Shown here in pieces: positions 8,330 through 18,594 of a DNA stretch of 64,000 nucleotides. Within the stretch, counting starts at the first letter, position 1. Each line of letters starts with the position of its first letter. The translations under genes and the position numbers were made by a program. The notes beneath the pieces were generated by a model. That model was not told the origin of the DNA. It saw nothing but the letters and a program-made list of their open reading frames with translations, and did no database searches. This DNA comes from an uncultured Flavobacteriales bacterium (lineage in GTDB: Bacteria; Bacteroidota; Bacteroidia; CAIKAF01): NCBI GenBank assembly GCA_903825395.1, contig CAIKAF010000005.1, positions 82,755 to 146,754 of the forward strand, in the 5' to 3' direction.

Positions 8330-10177
8330 TCAATGGGCATGTTCTGCCACTTTTTCCTTTTCAGACAGGGGCTCGTCCTGCGGAACAAAGTCGCGCTCCT
8401 CGCCATTGGGCAAGCTGTAGTCGTAAGGCCAGCGGTGCACAGTGGGAATGTCGCCGGGCCAGTTGCCATGAATGTGCTCAACCGGAGTAGTCCACTCCAA
8501 GGTCGATGCATTCCAAGGATTCTTCGGTGCCTTCGGCCCTTTAAACATGGAATAGAAGAAGTTGAATACAAACACGAACTGCACCAGCCCACCAATGATG
8601 GCGAAGACAGAGATAACTGCGTTTAGATCCGAAAATCCGCTAAAGAATTCGAAGTTCTGATAATACCGGCGCGGTACACCTGCAAGCCCCATGTAATGCA
8701 TAGGGAAGAAAACGCCATAGGCCGAAATCAAGGTCACCCAAAAGTGCAGATAGCCCAACTTCTTGTTCATCATTCGGCCAAACATTTTTGGGAACCAGTG
8801 ATACACTCCGGCAAAGGTGCCGAACATGGAGGCTACACCCATTACAATGTGGAAGTGGGCCACAACGAAATAGGTGTGGTGCAAATTCACATCTAGGGCG
8901 CTGTCGGCCAGAATAATTCCGGTTAAACCGCCTGTGATGAACAGAGATACCACACCGATGGCGAACAACATGCCTGGAGTAAATACAATGTTTCCTTTCC
9001 AAAGCGTTGTGATGTAGTTGAAGGCCTTAATGGCGGAAGGAATGGCGATTAACAGCGTAGTGAAGGTGAACACAGAACCCAAAAGTGGATCCATTCCGGT
9101 TACATACATGTGGTGTCCCCACACAATGAAGGACAAAAAGGCGATGGCCAACATTGAGCCGATCATGGCGCGATAGCCGAAAATCGGTTTACGTGCGTTA
9201 ACTGCCAATACCTCAGATGTAATTCCAAGAGATGGCAATAAGATGATGTACACCTCGGGGTGTCCCAAGAACCAAAACAAGTGCTGGTACAACACCGGGC
9301 TTCCGCCGGTTTGTTCCAATGCCTGACCAGAAACATAAATATCAGACAAATAGAAGCTGGTACCCATGGAACGGTCGAACAACAGAAGCAATCCGGCGCC
9401 CAATAAAACAGGGAAAGAAAGCAGACCTAAGATGGCCGTAATTAAAAAGGCCCACACCGTTAAAGGCATACGGGTCATGGACATGCCTTTGGTGCGAAGG
9501 TTCATCACCGTGGTGATGTAATTTAAGCCTCCCATCAACACAGAAACGATAAACGCGATGATGGAAAATAGCCAAAGCGTCATGCCCAATCCGGAACCGG
9601 GAGAAGCTTCAGGTAAAGCAGAAAGCGGAGGATAAATGGTCCAACCTGCGCTGGCTGGGCCGGTTTCTACGAACAAGGACATCAGCATCAACAAGCTGGA
9701 CAGGAAGAAGAACCAGTACGAAAGCATGTTTAGGAAAGGAGATGCCATGTCGCGGGCTCCAAGCTGCAATGGGATTAGTAGGTTGGAGAAGGTGCCCGAC
9801 AGTCCTGCCGTTAAAACCATAAAAACCAAAATGGTTCCGTGAATGGTAACAGCGGCCAGGTAGAAGTTGGGATCCAAAACTCCGTCGGGAGCCCATTTTC
9901 CAAGGAAAGTTTCCAGGATGGGCATGGGTTGACCGGGCCAGCCCAGTTGCAAACGGAAAAAGATGGACAGCATCATGCCTACCAGACCCATAAACATTCC
10001 TGTAATCAGGAACTGTTTAGCAATCATTTTGTGATCCTGGCTAAAAATGTACTTCGTAATGAAGGATTCTTTGTGGTGATGACCGTGGTCGTCATGCCCA
10101 TGGTGGTGTGCATGCGACTCGTGCACATCATGACCTACGTGTCCTTCTACTGCCGGATTGTTGGTGATCTCGCTCAT
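8330..10177 (-). CDS. ctaD: Cytochrome c oxidase subunit I (haem-copper oxidase, aa3-type)
   Basis: Protein is 615 aa with 12 or more TM helices. It carries the conserved CoxI blocks (WFFGHPEVYIL, HHMYVTGM, GGLTGIILA, HFHIVMGV) and a His-rich N-terminal extension. Confidence 0.95.
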   Translation of the reverse strand: MSEITNNPAVEGHVGHDVHESHAHHHGHDDHGHHHKESFITKYIFSQDHKMIAKQFLITGMFMGLVGMMLSIFFRLQLGWPGQPMPILETFLGKWAPDGVLDPNFYLAAVTIHGTILVFMVLTAGLSGTFSNLLIPLQLGARDMASPFLNMLSYWFFFLSSLLMLMSLFVETGPASAGWTIYPPLSALPEASPGSGLGMTLWLFSIIAFIVSVLMGGLNYITTVMNLRTKGMSMTRMPLTVWAFLITAILGLLSFPVLLGAGLLLLFDRSMGTSFYLSDIYVSGQALEQTGGSPVLYQHLFWFLGHPEVYIILLPSLGITSEVLAVNARKPIFGYRAMIGSMLAIAFLSFIVWGHHMYVTGMDPLLGSVFTFTTLLIAIPSAIKAFNYITTLWKGNIVFTPGMLFAIGVVSLFITGGLTGIILADSALDVNLHHTYFVVAHFHIVMGVASMFGTFAGVYHWFPKMFGRMMNKKLGYLHFWVTLISAYGVFFPMHYMGLAGVPRRYYQNFEFFSGFSDLNAVISVFAIIGGLVQFVFVFNFFYSMFKGPKAPKNPWNASTLEWTTPVEHIHGNWPGDIPTVHRWPYDYSLPNGEERDFVPQDEPLSEKEKVAEHAH

Positions 10178-10196
10178 AATTTATGGTATCGAGTTA

Positions 10197-11411
10197 TCAA
10201 TTGTTGTTGACGAAATTTGTTTTTAGGCCCAATTGGGCAAGGCGGGTTTTCGTTTCTTCTGCAAAGGTTTTTTTCGATGCCAGCCATGCTGCATACTCCT
10301 TTTCAGAAACCACTCGAACAGGAAGCATCATATTGAAGTGGGTAGCTCCGCAGATGTTGTTGCAATACAGACGGTATTCAAAATCTGGGTCGTTCAATTT
10401 GGCCTTCATTTCCTTGGTGGTTGTAATGGGCTTAAAGGCGAAGTAGGTTTCAGACCCGGGCACGCAATACATATGTACCCTGAAGTGGGGCAAATAGGCG
10501 CTGTGAATCACGTCTTGAGAGCGCATGTGCAATTTTACCGGGCGGTTTACGGGAATAATGATGGTGTCGCGAACTAAGACGTCGTCGTGACTTGCGGCAT
10601 AGGTTTCGGAGCCCGATTTAAAGGCATAATCAAAGGCTACCACCGTACGGATTTGGTGAATCAATCTGCGCAATCTGGTTTTTTCCTGATCTAACTTTTC
10701 GGCAGGCAGGAATCCATTGGTTACTGTAGAATCTGCCAGCAAAGAATCAGCACGGACAATGCTAAGTTGTTCTGAAATGGCATCGGCCGAAATCAAACCC
10801 AGAATGTTGCCTTGATTGATCATGGTATAGCTGGCTTTGCCAAGATTGTTATCGGCTCCAGAATACCGGGCGGTCCAATCGAACTGACGGGCATACAATT
10901 CAAGATTCAGCGTATTCTTGTCGGGATCTGGATTGGTGGTGTGGTTCCATACAATGAGACCTTTCAAAACCAATACAGCCATTACAATGGCGGGGATTAC
11001 CGTCCAAATCATTTCCAGTTTATCGTTGTGCGCATAGTGGGTAGCGCGGCGGTTTTTGTTGTAGCGGTATTTGTACGCAAACCACATCAATAAAATCTGG
11101 GTGATAAAAAAAGCCAGTGTAATGACATAAAAGTTCAGATTCAACAGGCTATCTACTTCAACCCCATGCTCAGAAGCAGCTCCGGGAATGTACTTTTCAT
11201 TGTAGTAAGTAGCGGTCAAATAGAAAAACATGGAAAACAGACCAACCAAGGAGACCAAGGTAAGTAAGGCATTCATGTTGTTTTCAGAATCAGAGATTTC
11301 ATGAGCCTTTTTTCCCCGCAATTCAGCGGCGAATTGAAAGACCATCAGCAATCTGGCCGAAGTAACAATGGCCAAAAGTACAACCGCAAGTAAAATCAGG
11401 TTCAAAAGCAT
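10197..11411 (-). CDS. ctaC: Cytochrome c oxidase subunit II (CuA centre; no fused cytochrome c domain)
   Basis: The CuA ligand motif is H…CNNICGATHFNMM. There are N-terminal TM helices and no CxxCH, and the gene lies immediately upstream of coxI. Confidence 0.9.
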   Translation of the reverse strand: MLLNLILLAVVLLAIVTSARLLMVFQFAAELRGKKAHEISDSENNMNALLTLVSLVGLFSMFFYLTATYYNEKYIPGAASEHGVEVDSLLNLNFYVITLAFFITQILLMWFAYKYRYNKNRRATHYAHNDKLEMIWTVIPAIVMAVLVLKGLIVWNHTTNPDPDKNTLNLELYARQFDWTARYSGADNNLGKASYTMINQGNILGLISADAISEQLSIVRADSLLADSTVTNGFLPAEKLDQEKTRLRRLIHQIRTVVAFDYAFKSGSETYAASHDDVLVRDTIIIPVNRPVKLHMRSQDVIHSAYLPHFRVHMYCVPGSETYFAFKPITTTKEMKAKLNDPDFEYRLYCNNICGATHFNMMLPVRVVSEKEYAAWLASKKTFAEETKTRLAQLGLKTNFVNNN

Positions 11412-11454
11412 GGTTGATCAGTTATAGTAGTAACAGAATTCGGTAGCAGTAGGT

Positions 11455-12630
11455 TTAAATGTGGTGTTGTTTACTTTCGTTCAGGAAGGGGTGGTGCTTG
11501 GGGACAAGCGCCGCCTTGCCTAAAGCGCGGAAGGTAGCCAACAAAAAGATAGCCATAAAACCAATCATGGCTAGAACAGATAAAATGCTTACGGGCACAT
11601 ATTTAGCCATGGCACCGGGCATAATAATTTGGTACATATCAATAAAGTGGCCCAACAGTACCACGATTCCGGCCACAAAAGCAAGAGTGTAGTTGCGTTT
11701 TGCGTCGCGGTGCATCAATACAATCAATGGGAAGGCGAAGTTGATGGCCAGCATCAATACCATCCATGGCTGATATCCCGTGCTAAAGCGCTCTAAGAAA
11801 TAATTAATCTCTTCAGGAATGTTGGAGTACCAAATCAACATGTACTGTGAAAACCACAAATAGGTCCAAAAAATGCTGAAGGCAAACATCATTTTGGCTA
11901 AATCGTGAATGTGGCTTTGGTTTAGGTGTGGCATATAGCCGTTTTTCTTCAACCACAGCACCAACAGCAACATGGTGGTTAAGGCCGATACGAAGAAACC
12001 GGCGAAAATATACCATCCGTACAGGGTGCTAAACCAGTGAAAATCTAACGACATCAACCAATCCCATGAAGAGGTAGACGAGGTCACCGCAAAGAACACC
12101 AAGAAACCAGCCGACCACTTGTATGCTGTTTTGTGGCTGGACATGCCTCCTTCGAGGTCTTCTTTTAGCGACAGGGCTCTTAATTTATTGGCAAAAAAGA
12201 TCCAGCCCCCCAAGTAAACCAAGGTTCGGATTAGCCAAAACTCATTTTGAAGCCATACCTTTTTCCCTGAGGTATTGTAAATAACGTCGTTGGCTTGCAC
12301 TTCTGGGTCTAGCCAATGCCACAGGTGGTGGATATGAAAATATCCGCCCAATACCACCAACAGCAAAATGGCGCTACCAATGGGAAGATATTGGCCCATG
12401 GCTTCGGGCACGCGCTTGAAGCCAACATGCCAACCGCCTTCGCCCACGTAGTGAACGGCCACGAAAAAGGAGGCCGCCAGCGAAATGGCCGTAAACCAAA
12501 ACGCGTTCAACAACAGGTTTGCCCAACCGTATTGGACATCCATAATAAATGTGCCGACGAGGGAAAGCAATCCAACTGCCGCTGCGGCCATTAGGATGTT
12601 TCGAGTTTTACCGGGCAATGAAAAGTTCAT
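11455..12630 (-). CDS. actF: Alternative complex III subunit ActF (NrfD-like membrane subunit)
   Basis: Polytopic 391-aa membrane protein at the act-operon position between actE and coxII. Assignment is by position and hydropathy. Confidence 0.75.
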   Translation of the reverse strand: MNFSLPGKTRNILMAAAAVGLLSLVGTFIMDVQYGWANLLLNAFWFTAISLAASFFVAVHYVGEGGWHVGFKRVPEAMGQYLPIGSAILLLVVLGGYFHIHHLWHWLDPEVQANDVIYNTSGKKVWLQNEFWLIRTLVYLGGWIFFANKLRALSLKEDLEGGMSSHKTAYKWSAGFLVFFAVTSSTSSWDWLMSLDFHWFSTLYGWYIFAGFFVSALTTMLLLVLWLKKNGYMPHLNQSHIHDLAKMMFAFSIFWTYLWFSQYMLIWYSNIPEEINYFLERFSTGYQPWMVLMLAINFAFPLIVLMHRDAKRNYTLAFVAGIVVLLGHFIDMYQIIMPGAMAKYVPVSILSVLAMIGFMAIFLLATFRALGKAALVPKHHPFLNESKQHHI

Positions 12631-12658
12631 ACGCGTAGCTTCTAATCGGTTATCTATA

Positions 12659-13315
12659 TTATTTACTAGCTGTAGTATCGGCAGCGGTAGCAGTGCTATC
12701 GGAACCGCCTACAGGATTTTGTAGAGTTTGAACAAAACGGGTTATTTGCCAGCGTTCTACGGCCGACAACTGAGAGGCATAGCTCCCCATATTGCCCTTA
12801 CCAAAGTGCATGGCATAAAAAATCTGACCTTCAGAAATGCCTTTAAGCTGATCGCTGCTGTAGGCAGGCGGCTGAAGCCCATAGTTGTCCTTCGCCAACA
12901 ATACCTTTACCACTGGTCCGTCTCCTTTTCCTTCTTTGCCATGGCAAGCGATGCAGTACACATTGTACAAGCGCTTTCCTTCGTCTAAGTGGTACGCAGA
13001 TTGGCCCAGAGGATTTTTAAGTTCTGCGATGGCCTTCTCTCTGCCTTCCGGGCTATTGGCATAGGGAAAGGAACTAAAATTAATCATCCCCAACGAATCA
13101 TGAGATTGAGCTACTGTTCCGTCTACCGGGGGTTGATTGGTTTTCCCGTCCGCGTAGTTAGGATTGGCTTCGCCTGGACGGTAAGCAATGCTGTAATACA
13201 TGTCGGGCATGTATTCATAACCGGGACTGTTGGGATCGGTTTGAATGCAAGAAAACAGACCGGTTGCCGTAAAGGCCAGCACAAAAGCATAAGAAAAGCG
13301 TAAGTTCCGTTTCAT
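12659..13315 (-). CDS. actE: Alternative complex III subunit ActE (monohaem cytochrome c lipoprotein)
   Basis: Protein is 218 aa with a lipoprotein-type signal (TATGLFSC) and a single CIACHG haem-binding motif. Confidence 0.8.
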   Translation of the reverse strand: MKRNLRFSYAFVLAFTATGLFSCIQTDPNSPGYEYMPDMYYSIAYRPGEANPNYADGKTNQPPVDGTVAQSHDSLGMINFSSFPYANSPEGREKAIAELKNPLGQSAYHLDEGKRLYNVYCIACHGKEGKGDGPVVKVLLAKDNYGLQPPAYSSDQLKGISEGQIFYAMHFGKGNMGSYASQLSAVERWQITRFVQTLQNPVGGSDSTATAADTTASK

Positions 13316-13327
13316 AAGTTCCGGTAA

Positions 13328-13876
13328 TTATTGGTCTTCGTAACGAAGCACATCGTCAGAGCACTCAATGGCTCCATGGTTCATTAAATCGGATTTCAAG
13401 TCGTTCAGCGAGGTGCCGGGATTGTCATCGCCCACAATTTCAACCACGAACAAATCATTGGTCGATCTAGGCTCTGGATTCTTCGCAGGCATACCTGGGA
13501 ACAACCGAGTGGCAAAGAAAAACGTAGCAATCATGCCATGAGCGGCAATCAATACCGTAATTTCAAACCCTACGGGCACGAAGGCGGGCAAATTGGTCAG
13601 CAAGGAAAAGCTGGGCTTGCCGCCAATGTCCATTGGCCAGTCCTGAACGTTCATATACCACATCATCAACAAGGCCAAGGTCGTTCCTGTAGCACCATAA
13701 AAGAAGGCCGCCGTTGAAATTCGGGTTTTAGGAACACTCAACACTCCATCAATGCCGTGAACGGGAAAGGGAGAGTAAACCTCGCGTACTTTAATGCCCT
13801 TCTTCACCAAGTGCTCGCAGGCATGCAAACACTCGTCCGGGTCAGTAAATTTGGCTAATAACGTTGCTTTGCTCAT
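13328..13876 (-). CDS. actD: Alternative complex III subunit ActD
   Basis: Protein is 182 aa with one or two TM helices. It sits between actC and actE, the canonical position. Confidence 0.65.
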   Translation of the reverse strand: MSKATLLAKFTDPDECLHACEHLVKKGIKVREVYSPFPVHGIDGVLSVPKTRISTAAFFYGATGTTLALLMMWYMNVQDWPMDIGGKPSFSLLTNLPAFVPVGFEITVLIAAHGMIATFFFATRLFPGMPAKNPEPRSTNDLFVVEIVGDDNPGTSLNDLKSDLMNHGAIECSDDVLRYEDQ

Positions 13877-13899
13877 AGCGTTTTTCTATTCAATGCAAA

Positions 13900-15312
13900 T
13901 TAATGATGGCTGCCATGGTCACCCACTTCAGCGTATTTACTTTCAGTTTTGCGCTTCCATCCGTCGCCTGAAATTTTCAAGATGGACTTGGTTTCGGCAA
14001 TCGCAATCACGGGGAAGGTGCGTGAAAACAGAAGAAACAAAGTAAAGAAGATGCCCAAAGTTCCGATGAAAATTCCTATGTCAACCCAAGTAGGATAAAA
14101 CATAGTCCAGGAAGAGGGCAAATAATCTCGGTGTAGAGAGGTAACAATGATGACAAAGCGCTCAAACCACATACCAATATTCACCACGATGGAAAGTAAA
14201 AACGTAGCAACCAAACTGCGGCGAATGCCACGGAACCAGAACAACTGCGGACTAATTACATTGCAGCTCATCATAATCCAATACGCCCAAGCATACGGAC
14301 CTGTAGCCCTGTTTAAGAAGGCATAGTGTTCGTATTGCACCCCAGAATACCAAGCAATAACCAATTCGGTAATGTAAGCTACACCTACAATCGAACCTGT
14401 AACCACAATAATCTTATTCATAGATTCCAGGTGGTTTACCGTGATGTACTCTTGCAAATTCAATACTTGACGCATGATTAACAACAGCGTTGCCACCATG
14501 GCAAATCCTGAGAAAATCGCTCCGGCCACAAAATAAGGAGGGAAAATGGTGGTGTGCCAGCCCGGAATGACCGATGTGGCAAAGTCAAACGATACAATGG
14601 TGTGTACAGAAAGTACTAGAGGAGTAGATAAACCGGCCAAGACCAAAGAAACCTCTTCAAAGCGTTGCCAGCTCTTTGTGGTACCCGACCATCCGAAAGA
14701 CACAATGTTGTATATCTTTTTCATGAAAGGAATAACCTGCCGATCGCGTACTGTAGCGAAATCGGGGATCAAACCTACATACCAAAAGCCCAAGGAAACA
14801 GAAAAATAGGTCGAAATGGCAAACAAGTCCCAAAGCAGTGGAGAATTAAAATTCACCCACAAGGAACCGAATTGGTTGGGGACGGGAAAAAACCAATACA
14901 CCACCCAAACCCGACCCACGTGGATTCCGGGGAACATGGCTGCACAAATTACCGCGAAAATGGTCATCGCTTCCGCTGAACGGTTGATGGCCATGCGCCA
15001 CTTCTGACGGAACAACAGCAAAATGGCTGAAATCAAGGTGCCGGCGTGACCAATACCAACCCACCAAACGAAATTGGTGATGTCCCAGGCCCAACCTACC
15101 GTTTTATTCAAACCCCAAACACCGATTCCGGTGCCAAAGGTATAGGCAATCAAGCCCAAACCCCACAGGGCGCACAGGGCAGCAATGGTAAACACCAAGT
15201 ACCACATTTTGTTGGCACGTCCTTCAATGGGACGTACAATTTCATCGGTAATCTGAGCGTAGGTTTTATCGCCCAGAATAAGCGGCTGACGTATCGGTGA
15301 TTCGATGAGCAT
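13900..15312 (-). CDS. actC: Alternative complex III subunit ActC (NrfD/PsrC-like quinol-interacting membrane subunit)
   Basis: Protein is 470 aa with about 10 TM helices. It lies directly downstream of the Mo/FeS subunit with a 20-nt spacing. Confidence 0.85.
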   Translation of the reverse strand: MLIESPIRQPLILGDKTYAQITDEIVRPIEGRANKMWYLVFTIAALCALWGLGLIAYTFGTGIGVWGLNKTVGWAWDITNFVWWVGIGHAGTLISAILLLFRQKWRMAINRSAEAMTIFAVICAAMFPGIHVGRVWVVYWFFPVPNQFGSLWVNFNSPLLWDLFAISTYFSVSLGFWYVGLIPDFATVRDRQVIPFMKKIYNIVSFGWSGTTKSWQRFEEVSLVLAGLSTPLVLSVHTIVSFDFATSVIPGWHTTIFPPYFVAGAIFSGFAMVATLLLIMRQVLNLQEYITVNHLESMNKIIVVTGSIVGVAYITELVIAWYSGVQYEHYAFLNRATGPYAWAYWIMMSCNVISPQLFWFRGIRRSLVATFLLSIVVNIGMWFERFVIIVTSLHRDYLPSSWTMFYPTWVDIGIFIGTLGIFFTLFLLFSRTFPVIAIAETKSILKISGDGWKRKTESKYAEVGDHGSHH

Positions 15313-15332
15313 ATCCGGTTGGATTGAGTAAA

Positions 15333-18300
15333 TTAATGAGATTGATGTTCACTGTGAGTTGCCTTTTCAGGGCCTTCGTGTGCATGCGCATCAGAAGCAT
15401 GATCATCGCTATGCTCGGCACCATGATGTGCTGAAACGGTGTGTCCGTAAGCTTCTTCCACATTGCGCACCTTGGTTTGGTACACGATGTTGGGTTTAAC
15501 TCCAACTTCTTCCAGCAAATAGTACGAACGACCATGTTCGGCCAAGGCGGTTAACTTGCCTTTTTCATCGTTGAAGTCACCAAACACAATGGCATTGGTG
15601 GGGCAAGCTTCGGCACAAGCCGTTTGAATTTCGCCATCGGCAACCATACGGCCTTCAGATTTAGCGCTGAGTTTGCCCGCCTGAATGCGTTGAACGCACA
15701 AAGAGCATTTTTCCATCACCCCACGAGCCCGTACCGTTACATCTGGATTCAACACCATTTTACCCAAATCGTCGTTCATAAAGTAATCGAACTTCTGATT
15801 GTCGTGGTAGCTGAACCAGTTAAAGCGACGAACCTTGTATGGACAGTTGTTGGCGCAGTAGCGGGTTCCAACACAGCGGTTGTAAGTCATTTGGTTTAGG
15901 CCTTCCGTACTGTGGGTCGTAGCCAAGACCGGACAAACTGTTTCACAAGGAGCATGGTTGCAATGTTGACACATTACCGGTTGGAAAGCCACCCGGGGAT
16001 TTGCCGAAGGAATCTCCTTCGCCCGGTGGTTCTTATTGCCCCGCTCATACCGGGTTGAAGGATCGGCATCGGAAGTGTAATACCGGTCAATGCGCAACCA
16101 ATGCATATCGCGCGAGCGGCGAATTTCATCTTTGCCCACTACGGGCACGTTGTTTTCTACATGACACGAAACCACACAAGCTCCACAACCCGTGCAAGAG
16201 TTCAAATCAATGGACATCCCCCAACGGTGGTTGATCATTTTAAACTCACGCCAGTAGTCCACTTTGCTGATCGGAGCTTCGTGTTCTCCGGCAGGAATCA
16301 ATTCCGCCACATTGGTATGCTGCATTTTTGGCGCATTGCCCGATTTAGCATTGGCCTTAAACTCGGTTAACGAAGTTTCCTTGATAATGTCTCGGCCCAT
16401 CATCGTATGATGCGTCTGAGTACCGGCTAAGGCATAGCTCAAATCGGTTTTCTCGATTTTGGCGCCGTAGTTAATCGGACTAAGCGTCCCGTTCTGAGTG
16501 TTCATGAATGGGAAGGCATTCACACCCAGGGTAGATTGCTCGGCACGGCCGAACAGGCGACCATATCCCAAGGCAACCCCTACAGTTCCGGGGGCCTGAC
16601 CGGGTTGGGCCAGTACCGGAAGGTTCATTTTTTGATTTCCGATGCTGAGGCTAACCACATTTGCTTTTTGTTCCTGCCCCATCATTTTATTCAAGCCAAG
16701 CTCATCCATATCGAAAGGGGCCATGGTAATGTAGTTGTCCCAGGTTACACGAGAAATGGGATCGGGTAATTCTTGCAGAATTGGATTGTTGGCGTGATTG
16801 CCCCAACCCATACCGACTTTCTCGTATAGAACAACTTCAACCCCTTGGGTCGGCTTTGAAGACAAGGCCGAAGCTGCGGCAGATGCCGTCATGCCTCCCT
16901 CAGGAGAAGGTGTGGTTGCTACTGCATCAACAGAGGGTGCAGCCTGCCAGCAGCCTTCGTATAAGAAACTGTCCCAAGATTTACCCAATGGATTAAACAC
17001 ATTCACCCAACGGGCCTTCATAAATTCTCGGTAGGCCGTATTGTTCTTGTCGGAACGTTGAGCTTGTCCGGCCCAAACCAACAAGGTTTCTTGTGCCTGA
17101 CGTGTATCAAACAACGGATGAATGGTAGGCTGTTGAATGCTGAAATGCCCACTAACGGCTTCAAAATCATTCCAACTTTCCAAATAATGGTGGTCGGGAA
17201 GCAGATATTGCGCCGGACTTTCTTCAGCACGGTCAGCGAACGACACCGAAAGCTTCAATCCCGCCATGGCCTGATTAAAGGCTTGGGCATTGGGAAGCGA
17301 ATACCCCGGATTCACACCATACAGAATCAGTCCTTGAACTTCGCCTGCGGTCATGCGGTCGGTTAGTTTCAAAACGGCAGCATCGTCGCCGGCAAACATA
17401 TTCAATGTGGTGTTCAGGCTCAAGGTCGTGCCATAATTACCCAACATTTGATTGATTCTGGCCACCAGGTATTGAGCATGCACATCATTCAATCCGCATA
17501 CCACTAAACCGTTACCCTTATTTGCCAGAGCATGTTTTGCTGCTCGGGCAATGTCTTTAGCGAAAGAAACTTCTCCTCCGGCCACCTTGGCATTGCCGGT
17601 GGCTCCTGCCACGGCATTGTACAAGGCCACCACAGCAGCGCCCTGTTCAGAAGCCTTAATCATGCTTCTGTAATCGGCGTTTGACCCGGCCAACGACATC
17701 ACCGTTTCAAACTGAAAATGCCGAGACATGTGGGGATTTTCGGGTGAGCGCGATTCGGCGTAACCGCTTTCATACGAACAGCTGTTCAGCCAACCGTTTA
17801 AAAAGTCGGCGCCAATGCTGATGATAGAGCGGGCTTTCCCGAAGTCCAAATGAGGAATAACGGCTTTTCCAAAGGCCTGTTGATGAGCCAATCGAATTCC
17901 CTGATACGAAACAGCATCATAGCTGATGTGTTCAACCATAGGATGCGCGGTCAGGAAAGCGTTTACTGCGGCGCGGGTAGAGGGAGACACAATACTTTGA
18001 GTCAACAACACCGCTTTTTTCCCTGCGGCGCCAATCCCCTTAAGGGCATCCATAATTTCCTTGTCTGCGGCTGACCAGCCGATGGACTTTCCGCCCTTCG
18101 TAGCTGTTTTGGCGCGCTTCCCGTCGTACAGACCCAATACCGAGCCTTGAATGCGGGCATTGGTACCACCTCGGCTTACTGCAGAGGCAGGATTCCCTTT
18201 GATTTTAATGGGGCGGCCTTCCCGGGTTTTAACCACAACGGAAGAATAATCCCGACCATCATAATAGGTAGAGGCGTAGTAGTTGGGAACCCCGGGAGTA

Positions 18301-18560
18301 ATGGTTTCGGGTTTCACCAAATACGGAATAGCTTTATTTACAGGAGCTTCGCAAGCGGCAAGCGTCGCTGCCGTTACTCCAAAGCCCAAAAATTTAAGGA
18401 AATCCCGGCGGTTGGTTTGAGAGGAGCCCAAATTGGACTCATTCCCCAAAAACTCTTCCATGGGCAAGTCCTCAACGAATTCTTTTTCGCGGGCGGCCAC
18501 AAAACCGGGCTCATTTTCCAGCTCTTCGTATCCTTTCCAATATTGCTTTTGGTTGCTCAT
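15333..18560 (-). CDS. actB: Alternative complex III subunit ActB (molybdopterin-oxidoreductase-like plus 4Fe-4S ferredoxin domain fusion, TAT signal)
   Basis: Protein is 1075 aa. It has a twin-arginine signal (NRRDFLKFLGFGVTAATLAAC) and several C-terminal CxxCxxCxxxCP ferredoxin motifs (CTGCGACVVSC, CQHCNHAPCETVCP, CVGTRYCANNCP, CSLCVQR). The C-terminal tail is His-rich. Confidence 0.9.
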   Translation of the reverse strand: MSNQKQYWKGYEELENEPGFVAAREKEFVEDLPMEEFLGNESNLGSSQTNRRDFLKFLGFGVTAATLAACEAPVNKAIPYLVKPETITPGVPNYYASTYYDGRDYSSVVVKTREGRPIKIKGNPASAVSRGGTNARIQGSVLGLYDGKRAKTATKGGKSIGWSAADKEIMDALKGIGAAGKKAVLLTQSIVSPSTRAAVNAFLTAHPMVEHISYDAVSYQGIRLAHQQAFGKAVIPHLDFGKARSIISIGADFLNGWLNSCSYESGYAESRSPENPHMSRHFQFETVMSLAGSNADYRSMIKASEQGAAVVALYNAVAGATGNAKVAGGEVSFAKDIARAAKHALANKGNGLVVCGLNDVHAQYLVARINQMLGNYGTTLSLNTTLNMFAGDDAAVLKLTDRMTAGEVQGLILYGVNPGYSLPNAQAFNQAMAGLKLSVSFADRAEESPAQYLLPDHHYLESWNDFEAVSGHFSIQQPTIHPLFDTRQAQETLLVWAGQAQRSDKNNTAYREFMKARWVNVFNPLGKSWDSFLYEGCWQAAPSVDAVATTPSPEGGMTASAAASALSSKPTQGVEVVLYEKVGMGWGNHANNPILQELPDPISRVTWDNYITMAPFDMDELGLNKMMGQEQKANVVSLSIGNQKMNLPVLAQPGQAPGTVGVALGYGRLFGRAEQSTLGVNAFPFMNTQNGTLSPINYGAKIEKTDLSYALAGTQTHHTMMGRDIIKETSLTEFKANAKSGNAPKMQHTNVAELIPAGEHEAPISKVDYWREFKMINHRWGMSIDLNSCTGCGACVVSCHVENNVPVVGKDEIRRSRDMHWLRIDRYYTSDADPSTRYERGNKNHRAKEIPSANPRVAFQPVMCQHCNHAPCETVCPVLATTHSTEGLNQMTYNRCVGTRYCANNCPYKVRRFNWFSYHDNQKFDYFMNDDLGKMVLNPDVTVRARGVMEKCSLCVQRIQAGKLSAKSEGRMVADGEIQTACAEACPTNAIVFGDFNDEKGKLTALAEHGRSYYLLEEVGVKPNIVYQTKVRNVEEAYGHTVSAHHGAEHSDDHASDAHAHEGPEKATHSEHQSH

Positions 18561-18594
18561 AATGCGAGGTCAAACGATTTATTAAGAAACAGGA

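Noticed and set aside
8071-8626. Overlapping ORFs 8071..8595(-), 8078..8626(+) and 8163..8420(+)
   Set aside because: They lie across the GC-rich family-1 repeat and the 3' end of coxI. They are Arg/Pro/Gly-rich and low-complexity, with no domain signature, so they are artefacts of the high-GC repeat.
10197-11411. Whether CoxII carries a fused cytochrome c domain (caa3-type)
   Set aside because: There is no CxxCH motif anywhere in the 404-aa protein. The length is explained by extra N-terminal TM helices and an insertion before the CuA domain.
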